This document shows positions 56,047 to 63,942 of a DNA stretch of 64,000 nt, piece after piece (within the stretch, counting starts at the first letter, position 1; each line of letters opens with the position of its first letter). The position numbers and the translations under genes were made by a program. This stretch comes from a virus. The DNA lies in IMG/VR virus record IMGVR_UViG_3300009176_000030, positions 6,379 to 70,378 of that record; one strand, given 5' to 3'. The notes below the pieces were generated by a model that saw only the letters and a program-made list of their open reading frames with translations, was not told where the DNA came from and searched no databases.

Positions 56047-56173
56047 AATCCACCCGTTCGTCCTCACGCCACGCGCCCGGCATGATCGGCTCGTGGTATG
56101 CAGTCGCAACCAAGGCGATCCCGGCAATGACGATCGCCGCCACAATCAGTAGGAATACATCGCGGCGGCTCAC
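56039..56173 (-). CDS. 44-aa single-TM protein
   Basis: MSRRDVFLLIVAAIVIAGIALVA...; GTGA overlap. Confidence 0.5.
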   Translation of the reverse strand: MSRRDVFLLIVAAIVIAGIALVATAYHEPIMPGAWREDERVDYV

Positions 56174-56703
56174 GTCGTCTCCTGCCGATCCGGGGCGAGG
56201 GCGGCGTCCAGCATGGAGCGCGCCAGCACGACCGCCTCATCGCGCATCGTCTCGCGCCAGCCGGTCATCATCCACCGGTTGTACTCGGGGATATGGAACA
56301 TCATCCAATCCGCGAGTCTGTCTGCTGCCACGTCCGGCGCCGGGGCTGGCGGTGTGGCGGCGTCGGGGAAGGAGCCATCATCCCACGCATCGTGCGGACC
56401 CTCCCATGGCCCGTAGTAGCCGTCGGGGGTCTTATGGTCGTGGAGGAACGTCACCTTGCAATCAACGGCGGGCCACTCTTGCGCCGGGGCTGGCGGTGTG
56501 GCGGCCACACGTTCGTAAAGGTGCCGTTTCAGGTAGCCGACGGTCATGGCGAATACGGTCATGTCGCGGTTCGTCGCCTTGTCATTCGGGAATACGTGAC
56601 CCCACGTCAGCGGTTCCAGCGCCCCGACTAACGCCTCTCGCAGCCCCTCCCCTCGCGGTTCGGAGACGGCCACCGCCGCCCGCCGCAGTCCCTCGTCGCT
56701 CAT
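56170..56703 (-). CDS. mosaic hypothetical protein
   Basis: Two ATPPAPA linkers from a 24-bp direct repeat. Confidence 0.55.
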   Translation of the reverse strand: MSDEGLRRAAVAVSEPRGEGLREALVGALEPLTWGHVFPNDKATNRDMTVFAMTVGYLKRHLYERVAATPPAPAQEWPAVDCKVTFLHDHKTPDGYYGPWEGPHDAWDDGSFPDAATPPAPAPDVAADRLADWMMFHIPEYNRWMMTGWRETMRDEAVVLARSMLDAALAPDRQETT

Positions 56704-56942
56704 GGCCGGGCCTCACGGGAGAGGGCTTCGGTGGCCGTCCTCACAGACCATTCGTCACCACCCGCCTTGATGAGTTGCAGTGCCGCCACCAGCGGGGCGC
56801 GGGCTTCGGCCTCGACATCCGCGACCTGCTGATCGGCGCTTTCCTCATCGAAGCCGAGCGCCTGTAGGCCCGCGCTCAGAAACGCGCCATTGGCCGTTGT
56901 CGGGTGTCGTCCCGCCTCCGTCGTTGGGGTGCGGTCGGTCAT
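56700..56942 (-). CDS. hypothetical protein
   Basis: ATGA overlaps. Confidence 0.55.
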   Translation of the reverse strand: MTDRTPTTEAGRHPTTANGAFLSAGLQALGFDEESADQQVADVEAEARAPLVAALQLIKAGGDEWSVRTATEALSREARP

Positions 56943-57121
56943 CGCCGTAGACCCGTTTCGGTTCGTTCGAGGTCGCTCACGGCGTCGTAGAGCGCCCGCT
57001 GGTTCCATGAACATGACGCCGAGGATCGCCAGAACTCACCAGTGTCCGTCTCGACGGTCCTCATACCAAACAGGTTCTTCGCGGCCTCGTAGACACGTTC
57101 GAGCATCTCCGCTCGGTCCAT
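56939..57121 (-). CDS. hypothetical protein
   Basis: Coupled ORF. Confidence 0.5.
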   Translation of the reverse strand: MDRAEMLERVYEAAKNLFGMRTVETDTGEFWRSSASCSWNQRALYDAVSDLERTETGLRR

Positions 57122-57144
57122 AGGGGTTTCTGGGGTATTTCTGC

Positions 57145-57462
57145 TCATATTCCACCAAAATCGTGTATTACCAGGAGGTTTGCGGTCGTTCCGAGCAATC
57201 CGAGGGCGTAGAAGACGAGGAAAGCGGGCCAAACTGGCTTCGTGGTGATCCTTGTTATCAGCGCCAGGGCCACGGCGACGAGTGCGATCTCGGTTGCGGC
57301 GACCATTCCGAAGCCGCCGAGGCGGTATGCGCCGACCATCAGGACGTTCTGCTCGGCTTCGAGCGGGACGCCGTGCAGAACGAGGGCTGACCAGAACGTC
57401 AGCACATCCATCGAGTGGGCGAGGATGAGCGCCGCGACCATGAAGCCCGGCCGAAGCGTCAT
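57145..57462 (-). CDS. 3-TM membrane protein (DUF5658-like)
   Basis: D.LT...E.N pattern with hydrophobic helices. Confidence 0.55.
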   Translation of the reverse strand: MTLRPGFMVAALILAHSMDVLTFWSALVLHGVPLEAEQNVLMVGAYRLGGFGMVAATEIALVAVALALITRITTKPVWPAFLVFYALGLLGTTANLLVIHDFGGI

Positions 57463-57611
57463 GGCTTCCTCGGCGGGAGCAGGAGATAGGTAGTCACGAA
57501 GAACCCGGCACACGCCCATGATGGGCCTCCGGTGACCGACACGATCGCAGCTACGCCTGCCGCCACGATGGCCGACGACACGGCGTTGAGGAAGATGGCA
57601 CGTTTGCTCAC
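57459..57611 (-). CDS. small 2-TM protein
   Basis: GTGA overlap, hydrophobic. Confidence 0.5.
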   Translation of the reverse strand: MSKRAIFLNAVSSAIVAAGVAAIVSVTGGPSWACAGFFVTTYLLLPPRKP

Positions 57612-57796
57612 TGTCGTTCGACCATGGTCGTCCAGGTGTCGAGCACGCCCCACATCGCCATGGTCGCGGGGATCAGCACGAGGAACCCGATGGCATTGAC
57701 GACGAGGTCATCCGTTCGCAAGGCGGCGATCCCGACGCCAAACGAGAATCCGGCAAGGACCCAGAACATGACGTGGAAGACGTGAAGGTTGTTCAT
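57608..57796 (-). CDS. small 2-TM protein
   Basis: ATGA overlap, hydrophobic. Confidence 0.55.
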   Translation of the reverse strand: MNNLHVFHVMFWVLAGFSFGVGIAALRTDDLVVNAIGFLVLIPATMAMWGVLDTWTTMVERQ

Positions 57797-58026
57797 CCTC
57801 GGAACTCCGTATCATCATTGGCCGGATGCTCGGCGCCGCGAGCGATGCCCGGCAACACCAATCCTTCGGTCAGCCATGCCTGCCATTCCTTCATCGGGAC
57901 GAACACGCCGCACTCCTCCCCGGCAGAGTACAGCGGGTGGTTGCGCGGATACGAGTACGTCACGACCACCGGCTCGCGAATGAGCCGGATGGCCGCGGCG
58001 AGACCCCGGACGCTGATACGTTCCAT
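57793..58026 (-). CDS. Phd/YefM-like protein
   Basis: MERISVR.L.......EPVVVT. Confidence 0.45.
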   Translation of the reverse strand: MERISVRGLAAAIRLIREPVVVTYSYPRNHPLYSAGEECGVFVPMKEWQAWLTEGLVLPGIARGAEHPANDDTEFRG

Positions 58027-58560
58027 CTAGGCTCCCTTCGGAAAGACTGCTTCGTACATCGCCTTCGCCCATCGCGTATCGGCAATCGCCGTGTGCTTGG
58101 TGCCGAAGTCCAACTGGTTGAGCAGCAGAGCCCCGCTCAGGTTGTCCGAGTTCCACGGCGGCGGAACGTGAAGCATCGCTCCGGCCAGCGCCTCGACATC
58201 GACCAGTTGGTAGTGCCACGCCGGGCGATAGCCCTCGCGCACAAGGAACTGTTCGAGGAAGCTGGCGTCGAACGACGGCACAGCGCCGACGAGATGCTTG
58301 CCTGCGGTCAGGCGCACGACTTCCCAGACGATGGAATCGCGACTAAAGATCGAGAAGAACTTGTCTCGTTCGACCGCGTCCTTGCGCTCGTAAAAGTGGT
58401 TGACCCGAAGCGCGCCCGGATCGGCGTCGCGTAGACGTTGGGGCCTCATCCGCCATTCGTGCTCGGTGCCGTCCTCCTCGATCAGGGCGATCTCCCAGAC
58501 CTCGTGACGGTCGGGGTCGAGCCCCGTGGTCTCGGTATCGACGAAGATGATGTTGCTCAT
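58027..58560 (-). CDS. DEDDh 3'-5' exonuclease
   Basis: FVDTETTGLD, SFD..FL, HTA.AD. Confidence 0.9.
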   Translation of the reverse strand: MSNIIFVDTETTGLDPDRHEVWEIALIEEDGTEHEWRMRPQRLRDADPGALRVNHFYERKDAVERDKFFSIFSRDSIVWEVVRLTAGKHLVGAVPSFDASFLEQFLVREGYRPAWHYQLVDVEALAGAMLHVPPPWNSDNLSGALLLNQLDFGTKHTAIADTRWAKAMYEAVFPKGA

Positions 58561-58566
58561 GCCAGC

Positions 58567-58586
58567 ATTTTACAGGACGGTGTCAA
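58567..58586 (-). promoter_or_regulatory. promoter-like TTGACA-N8-TAAAAT, likely leaderless
   Basis: ATG begins 6 nt after the hexamer; no SD. Confidence 0.65.
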
Positions 58587-58613
58587 CACCGAAGTTTCGT
58601 GGGTAGCACCGTC

Positions 58614-58633
58614 TTGACAGCCGGGCGTATCCT
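58614..58633 (+). promoter_or_regulatory. promoter-like TTGACA-N8-TATCCT
   Basis: Divergent partner upstream of 58662. Confidence 0.6.
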
Positions 58634-58661
58634 TAGTGCCTGCGCAGATAGAGGGAGTACC

Positions 58662-59051
58662 GTGCGGATTTACATCTGGGAGAACGATGGCATTTCGGAT
58701 GCCTACCACGACGACGGGACGTTGGTCGTCCTCGCCGAATCCGCCGAACAGGCGCGCGAGGTCGTGCGGGCAGATAAGGCGGCGATCGAGGCTCGCTCGG
58801 AAGCCCGCCAGCGGGAGCGCGAGACCGCCATCGCTAAGATCATGGACACGGACTACGGGGGCGGGGTAACCATCTCTCGGCCGCAGGCATGGGAGATGTG
58901 GCGCGCCACCCCGGAAGGGCAAGCCAACATCGACGGCTGGGTATCTGGCGGCTGGGATGGCTCGGACGCAGCACTCGACCGCGAGCCTGACCGCGTGATC
59001 GAACTCGACAGGCCGACCCTCGTTGCGTTCAACGGCGGTGGCTACGACTGA
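58662..59051 (+). CDS. hypothetical protein
   Basis: RBS GAGGGAG, GTG; VV.A.S.EQAR motif common in phage early genes. Confidence 0.7.
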   Translation: MRIYIWENDGISDAYHDDGTLVVLAESAEQAREVVRADKAAIEARSEARQRERETAIAKIMDTDYGGGVTISRPQAWEMWRATPEGQANIDGWVSGGWDGSDAALDREPDRVIELDRPTLVAFNGGGYD

Positions 59052-59066
59052 TGAAACGTATGAGTG

Positions 59067-59084
59067 TGTCTTTGCGCAAAGACA
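59067..59084. promoter_or_regulatory. 18-bp perfect palindrome TGTCTTTGCGCAAAGACA (copy 1)
   Basis: Direct reading. Confidence 0.65.
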
Positions 59085-59094
59085 GAGGGAACAT

Positions 59095-59325
59095 ATGAGC
59101 GAAGCCTCGCCGCGACCGTGGGTCACGTTTGACGGCACGAACCTACGCTTTGCCGCCCATGGGCTGACGCTGACCGAGATCGGCGCCATCAACGACTACA
59201 TCAGGATGATCTACAAGGCCGCGCTGGAAACAGGCCCCGTTGCCGGGGCGACCAATCTCGCTAATCTCGAACTGCGTAGCGCAGAACTGGCGGTACTGTC
59301 TTTGCGCAAAGACAGTCAGCCGTGA
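59095..59325 (+). CDS. hypothetical protein
   Basis: RBS GAGGGA; ATG 59095. Confidence 0.55.
   Translation: MSEASPRPWVTFDGTNLRFAAHGLTLTEIGAINDYIRMIYKAALETGPVAGATNLANLELRSAELAVLSLRKDSQP
59295..59316. promoter_or_regulatory. 22-bp perfect palindrome ACTGTCTTTGCGCAAAGACAGT (copy 2)
   Basis: Direct reading. Confidence 0.65.
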
Positions 59326-59705
59326 GTGCGCTGCGGATCGCATTGCCAGGGCAGCCTGTTCGGCTCATCTACGATCAGGCTGTGAAGTTGACGCCGCGGC
59401 AGGAAGTGGTGCTCCATACCGTGCGGGCATTCAACGGCAATCGCAGCCGCGCGGCGAAGCATCTGGGGGTCACGGTTCGGGCGGTCCAGAAGTCCATGGA
59501 GTACGCCGAAGCTGCCGGGGCGTACGTGCCGCCGATCCCGTCTCGGGTCGGCATCCCGATCGGCGTCCATCGCGATCTTGCGCCGCGCTGTGGGGCAACG
59601 ACTCGAAGCGGACCGTGTGGGCGACCGGTCGGTCACCCGCCCTCCTGCATCGGCGAGAAGGCGTGGTACCGCAAGCGAACCCCGGAGAGGACGATGTTCC
59701 GATGA
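59322..59705 (+). CDS. HTH DNA-binding protein
   Basis: LTPRQ..VL...GNRSRAAKHLGVT.RAV. Confidence 0.7.
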   Translation: MSALRIALPGQPVRLIYDQAVKLTPRQEVVLHTVRAFNGNRSRAAKHLGVTVRAVQKSMEYAEAAGAYVPPIPSRVGIPIGVHRDLAPRCGATTRSGPCGRPVGHPPSCIGEKAWYRKRTPERTMFR

Positions 59706-59944
59706 CGGCCGAGATCGGGCCGTACATGAACGAGGACGGCGACTGGTGGGTGCCGGTCGAGGCGGCATCGTTCCGGCAGGCTCGCGCCGAGATCGTGAGT
59801 TGCCTCTCGTACAGCATCCCCGACGACGGGACACTGGTCTATCGCGGCAAGGAGAAGGGCTGGTTCGGCGGCGAGGACCCCGATGACCGGGAAAGGCAGG
59901 TCTTCCTCCTCGCCTACCACTTTCAGGAGAACCGACGATGGTGA
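59702..59944 (+). CDS. hypothetical protein
   Basis: ATGA overlap. Confidence 0.55.
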   Translation: MTAEIGPYMNEDGDWWVPVEAASFRQARAEIVSCLSYSIPDDGTLVYRGKEKGWFGGEDPDDRERQVFLLAYHFQENRRW

Positions 59945-60141
59945 AGATGTGGACGGAGGGCGATGTCCGGTGCCTGAAGTGGCGGGTTGCCCGGATGAAC
60001 CCGAAGACGCCGGTCAAGGCCAACGCCTGTGTGCCATGCACGCACAACGACCACCATGCCGCGCGCTGGGTCGGGCCGTATCTCATCTGTCGGTGCCTGA
60101 CCTGCTCGGCGAAGTCGATCGTCGTTGGGGTCGCGCCGTGA
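59938..60141 (+). CDS. small Cys-rich protein
   Basis: CVPC...H...CRC.TC. Confidence 0.5.
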   Translation: MVKMWTEGDVRCLKWRVARMNPKTPVKANACVPCTHNDHHAARWVGPYLICRCLTCSAKSIVVGVAP

Positions 60142-60389
60142 CTGATCTGGCGATGAAACTCGACCGGCTGGCCTGGTCCGTGCCGGAGGGCTGGACGCCC
60201 GACAGGCTGGGCCAGTGCGGGCGGTGCCACGATACGGTGCTGTGGGCGCGGATCGGGCACGGCACGGTGCTGCGTTTCGATCGCGACGGCCAGGATCACC
60301 ACTACTCGTGCATCGGCCACGCCCGGCGCGGCGTGACGAGAACGTGGAAGGGCCAGCACGGCGGCAAGCGGGAGTGGGAAACGAAGTGA
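60138..60389 (+). CDS. small zinc-binding protein
   Basis: C.RC...V.W.......D.DG..H..SC. Confidence 0.55.
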   Translation: MTDLAMKLDRLAWSVPEGWTPDRLGQCGRCHDTVLWARIGHGTVLRFDRDGQDHHYSCIGHARRGVTRTWKGQHGGKREWETK

Positions 60390-60682
60390 CAGATGCCTCG
60401 GCGTTCGGGCGGTTGAGCAAGACATGGACGGTCCCGCCACCGTCGCCGATCACGGCGGCGTACCTGAACGCCGACCGTCAATGGGTGGTGACAGAGCCGT
60501 ACCGGATCGAGTTCCGTGATATCGGCCTGTTCTTCGAGTTCCAGTGGCACCACAGCGGCCCGACCGTGCTGGTCGAGGCGATCGTCCTCTCGATCGCCGG
60601 AACGCACCGCGACCATCGCGTGACCCCGTCCTCGCTGGTCCACAGCGATACGTTCACGTTCTCGTACCTGATGCCGTACTGA
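60386..60682 (+). CDS. hypothetical protein
   Basis: GTGA overlap. Confidence 0.5.
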   Translation: MTDASAFGRLSKTWTVPPPSPITAAYLNADRQWVVTEPYRIEFRDIGLFFEFQWHHSGPTVLVEAIVLSIAGTHRDHRVTPSSLVHSDTFTFSYLMPY

Positions 60683-61017
60683 TGCGAGCCTGCGAGCAGT
60701 GCGGCGCTGAATACAAGCCCAGGAAGCGCGATCAGCGGTTCTGCAAGAAAGAGTGCCAGCAGGCGTACTACAACGCCCACCGCGTTCACAAGCCGATCGT
60801 GGTGATCGAGTTCGTGTGCGATCTGTGCGGCCTGCGCGGCAACAAGAACCGCACGATCCGGCGCTTCTCGCTGAAACTCTCGACCAAGAGCCCCGACGGC
60901 AAGTACATGGCCCGCGGCAGTGGCACGCTGTTCCTGTGCGGCCAGTGCTGGAAGAACACCGCGGGCAGACGGCGCAGACTGTACGGCCCGCGCCAGATCA
61001 TCGAGGAGGCGAGTTGA
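60682..61017 (+). CDS. double zinc-finger protein
   Basis: CEQC..FCKKEC; CDLC...CGQC. Confidence 0.6.
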   Translation: MRACEQCGAEYKPRKRDQRFCKKECQQAYYNAHRVHKPIVVIEFVCDLCGLRGNKNRTIRRFSLKLSTKSPDGKYMARGSGTLFLCGQCWKNTAGRRRRLYGPRQIIEEAS

Positions 61018-61280
61018 GCATCGAGACGTTCGTACCGCTTGATCTGGCGTTCCTGAAGGAGACGGGCATGTCCGTCCCCTCCGGCCACCGCGCGATGGTG
61101 AACTTCCTCGGGAGCGATGCGTTCCTGGCGCGGCTGACCAAGGCGCTCGTCGAGGTCGAGGAGGCGAACCTGAACCCCGACTGCCTGACCGACTCGTGCG
61201 ACCACGAGGAATGCCCCGATCCGCCGGGGATTGGCTGCGGCGACGCGGCGAGGATCAGAGACGAACTGCTGAAGCCCTAG
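61014..61280 (+). CDS. hypothetical protein
   Basis: TTGA overlap, RBS GAGGAGG. Confidence 0.5.
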   Translation: MSIETFVPLDLAFLKETGMSVPSGHRAMVNFLGSDAFLARLTKALVEVEEANLNPDCLTDSCDHEECPDPPGIGCGDAARIRDELLKP

Positions 61281-61316
61281 GACTACGTATCTCTACGTAC
61301 TTGTACGTACGTACAC

Positions 61317-61336
61317 TTGACACCGGGGATTAGCAT
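61317..61336 (+). promoter_or_regulatory. promoter-like TTGACA-N8-TAGCAT
   Basis: Fourth copy, at start of non-coding region. Confidence 0.55.
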
Positions 61337-61660
61337 CTCGGGATACGTTCGTGGGTAGCCGTGACAGGTGAGAGGCGGGCGGGCAATGCTGGGTTTAGGG
61401 GTGGGCCTGTACCAGCCCGGATGGAGTCCCTGGTGAAACGGTCCTGCTAGCGGGATCGCGGAGCCGTCACGTCGTCAGCGTGCACAAGGACATACCCGGA
61501 CGGCCTGACGAATCAAGGTACCTACGTACTTGTACGGATAGTGTACGGATAGACAAGTCCGAAAACGGCGCTACCCTTGATGCCGACAGTCGGGATACAA
61601 GAATGGTCTCACCCCAGCGTGATCGACCACCCCGCGCTGTTACAAGTCTTCCCGGCAGGA

Positions 61661-61676
61661 TGTTTCACGTGAAACA
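61661..61676. promoter_or_regulatory. parS: parS centromere site
   Basis: Perfect TGTTTCACGTGAAACA, extended to a 20-bp palindrome 61659-61678. Confidence 0.85.
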
Positions 61677-61873
61677 TCGCTGTGCTGATAAATCCTGACG
61701 ACGCTGGTCGAAAGACCGCTGTGCTGTTTCGTAGATTTCACGTTGCTCGCACGGTCTCCAGCCTGGTCCGGGATTTCCGACCCTAGGGGTAGGGTGCGAT
61801 GCTACGCGCACGGGAATCGATACCCCGTACCACCTAGGCTAGGTTCGTTAGCCTATGATCGGAGCATATCGCC

Positions 61874-62146
61874 GTGGACACTCAGACCTACGATGCGTCA
61901 CACGTGACATGCGATGTCACCTACCCTCACCATGGTCACCTCATGCCACGGGATGGCATGCGATCGATCAGCGAGGCGCCATGGTGCGAGGGTATCCCTA
62001 CCAGTACCGTCGGGCCGGATGACTCCGGTACCCTGACGTTTGATGATCGGCCGGATGCCGTGCGCGATGCCGTGGCATCCGTGCTCGGCGTCGGCGATCG
62101 CGGCCTAGGCGCCCGACTCGTGACGCGCGCACTGCGGTACTCGTAG
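61874..62146 (+). CDS. hypothetical protein
   Basis: GGAG RBS, TATGAT upstream. Confidence 0.5.
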   Translation: MDTQTYDASHVTCDVTYPHHGHLMPRDGMRSISEAPWCEGIPTSTVGPDDSGTLTFDDRPDAVRDAVASVLGVGDRGLGARLVTRALRYS

Positions 62147-62202
62147 CCTGTCGATCCTGCTACCATTCACCTATACTGCCGTACCGACTAGGAGCGTACC
62201 GA

Positions 62203-62382
62203 ATGCCTACCCTCGCCGAGACCATCGCCGTATTGATCGCCGAGCATGAGCGCGATATGGCCGCCATGCGCGCCGACAAGCCTACCGTTGTGGACGCGCA
62301 TAGCGATGGCAAGCGCGTACGGTACGCGCGCCATGAAACGGCCGTGCAGACTCTCCGCACCATTGCCGAGATGCTCGCATGA
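62203..62382 (+). CDS. 59-aa hypothetical protein (not in track)
   Basis: TATACT and AGGAG upstream; MPTLAETIAVLIAEHERD... Confidence 0.6.
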   Translation: MPTLAETIAVLIAEHERDMAAMRADKPTVVDAHSDGKRVRYARHETAVQTLRTIAEMLA

Positions 62383-62588
62383 TCGAACAGTGTGGATGTT
62401 CGCCTAGCCTTTCCCATGCGCCCGGATGCTCGCGTAATCATTGGCCGCATGATGTCTGCGAGCGCCTGGAAATGGCGCCCAAAAAAATCGAGTGTCTAGG
62501 GTGCGAGCAGGGACCATCCCATCGGCACATTGACGCGGAGGATGGCCCACGCGCGGGATGCTGCGCGCATAGTTGCGGTCGCGCCTAA
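62379..62588 (+). CDS. Cys/His-rich hypothetical protein
   Basis: ATGA overlap. Confidence 0.4.
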   Translation: MIEQCGCSPSLSHAPGCSRNHWPHDVCERLEMAPKKIECLGCEQGPSHRHIDAEDGPRAGCCAHSCGRA

Positions 62589-62618
62589 TTGACACTGGCG
62601 CGCCTACCGCCGTACCGT
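62589..62618 (+). promoter_or_regulatory. canonical sigma70-type promoter TTGACA-N18-TACCGT
   Basis: Upstream of RBS GAGGAG and ATG 62657. Confidence 0.45.
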
Positions 62619-62656
62619 CATCCCATACCACCGTACCGATACGAGGAGATACGATC

Positions 62657-62977
62657 ATGCCTAGGCTCGACCCATCGAACGCGCGCACGGCGCGATACTT
62701 CCACCATAGCGACGACTGCGCGCAGACTGTGACCATCGGCCCGCGCGGAGGGGTCACCTATCCGCGCACCGAACTATGGCGCCGCAATGGTGCTACCCAA
62801 ACGTGGAAGACTCGACCCGATGAGTACCGCGTGCCGGTCAAGTACGGACTGCGTGCGTACGGTTCGCTCATCAACGCTGACGGCGCCCCGTACGGCCCGT
62901 GGCACACTGGTACCGCGGAGGAATGCGACCTAGGGACACTGGCCGCCAGTCTCGCATCGGTCCGGGTGACGGCATGA
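62657..62977 (+). CDS. phage early-type hypothetical protein
   Basis: RBS GAGGAG; WRRNG.TQTWKTRP.EYRVPVKYGL. Confidence 0.7.
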   Translation: MPRLDPSNARTARYFHHSDDCAQTVTIGPRGGVTYPRTELWRRNGATQTWKTRPDEYRVPVKYGLRAYGSLINADGAPYGPWHTGTAEECDLGTLAASLASVRVTA

Positions 62978-63255
62978 GCGCAGACACGACGTATACGCTC
63001 CTGCCCGATCCTGACGCGCGGTACCGCATCGCGGGCTATGACGGCATCGCATGGCACTACCTAGGCGACGAGACGGCGCCCGACGAAGATACCGAGTGGA
63101 GCGGATACGAAACTCCGACCGGGCGCGTAACTATGGTCATGGTCGGGGACGATCGGCGCCATTCGATCGACCCTAGCGACTGCACCGCGCTCCTGGACGG
63201 CGACTATTGCCCGTCATGCGGCCAGATAGGCTGCAAGGCCTACGCGGAGGGATGA
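62974..63255 (+). CDS. hypothetical protein
   Basis: ATGA overlap; MVGDD, YCPSCGQIGC. Confidence 0.65.
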   Translation: MSADTTYTLLPDPDARYRIAGYDGIAWHYLGDETAPDEDTEWSGYETPTGRVTMVMVGDDRRHSIDPSDCTALLDGDYCPSCGQIGCKAYAEG

Positions 63256-63258
63256 CCC

Positions 63259-63612
63259 ATGCACCGCTATATCTCGACCGACAACGGGCTAGAGTGTTTC
63301 GCATGTGGGATCGTGCTTGACTACTCGCCCGATGCCGACGACCTTCCGCCTAGTCATGTTTGGCCCGATCCCGTGCGGAACGCACTGGAGGATGCCGCGG
63401 GCTCGCTCGCATTCGGGCTATGCCATCCTGGAAACGATGCCCGCGCGCATAACTCCACCTTAGAGGGTACCCCGGCCGATCACCCCTACGCCGACCCGCG
63501 ATCATTCCGCGCCAAAACGGACGGCTACCGGCTTGTATGCGCCTATGACGCGACGACCGTTGACGCGCTGACCGATCCTGCTAGCGTCAATCCCGTTTGT
63601 GAGGGTGCATGA
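63259..63612 (+). CDS. hypothetical protein
   Basis: RBS GGAGG. Confidence 0.55.
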   Translation: MHRYISTDNGLECFACGIVLDYSPDADDLPPSHVWPDPVRNALEDAAGSLAFGLCHPGNDARAHNSTLEGTPADHPYADPRSFRAKTDGYRLVCAYDATTVDALTDPASVNPVCEGA

Positions 63613-63738
63613 TGCCGCGCGCCTACTCGCCTAGACTCGCGACCGTCCACAATCGCTGACCCGCACGCGAACCGTTCGCACGCTGACGGCTCGCACGCGC
63701 GCCAGACTGGCACGCTGTACCGATAGGGAGTACCGACC

Positions 63739-63942
63739 ATGGCCGCTACCATCGCCCGCGCGACGGGTAATGACTCATCGCGCAGTAAGGAAACGCACCG
63801 GCTCGGCGCGCAGTCGTCCACGGCCCGCGCCGATACGTGGCGCACGTTCACCACGGCGCACGTCAACCACGACGGATCGGGCTATGTCGAGGTCGTCCGC
63901 GACGGCGTGACCCTGCACCGCTTCGAGTTTGGGGCCGAATGA
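63739..63942 (+). CDS. hypothetical protein
   Basis: RBS AGGGAG. Confidence 0.6.
   Translation: MAATIARATGNDSSRSKETHRLGAQSSTARADTWRTFTTAHVNHDGSGYVEVVRDGVTLHRFEFGAE

Noticed and set aside
61480-61698. 72-aa ORF across parS
   Set aside because: No RBS; runs through repeats; MFHVKH is simply the translation of parS
61340-61870. tRNA or attachment site in the non-coding region
   Set aside because: No cloverleaf or T-loop recognised and no integrase in the window
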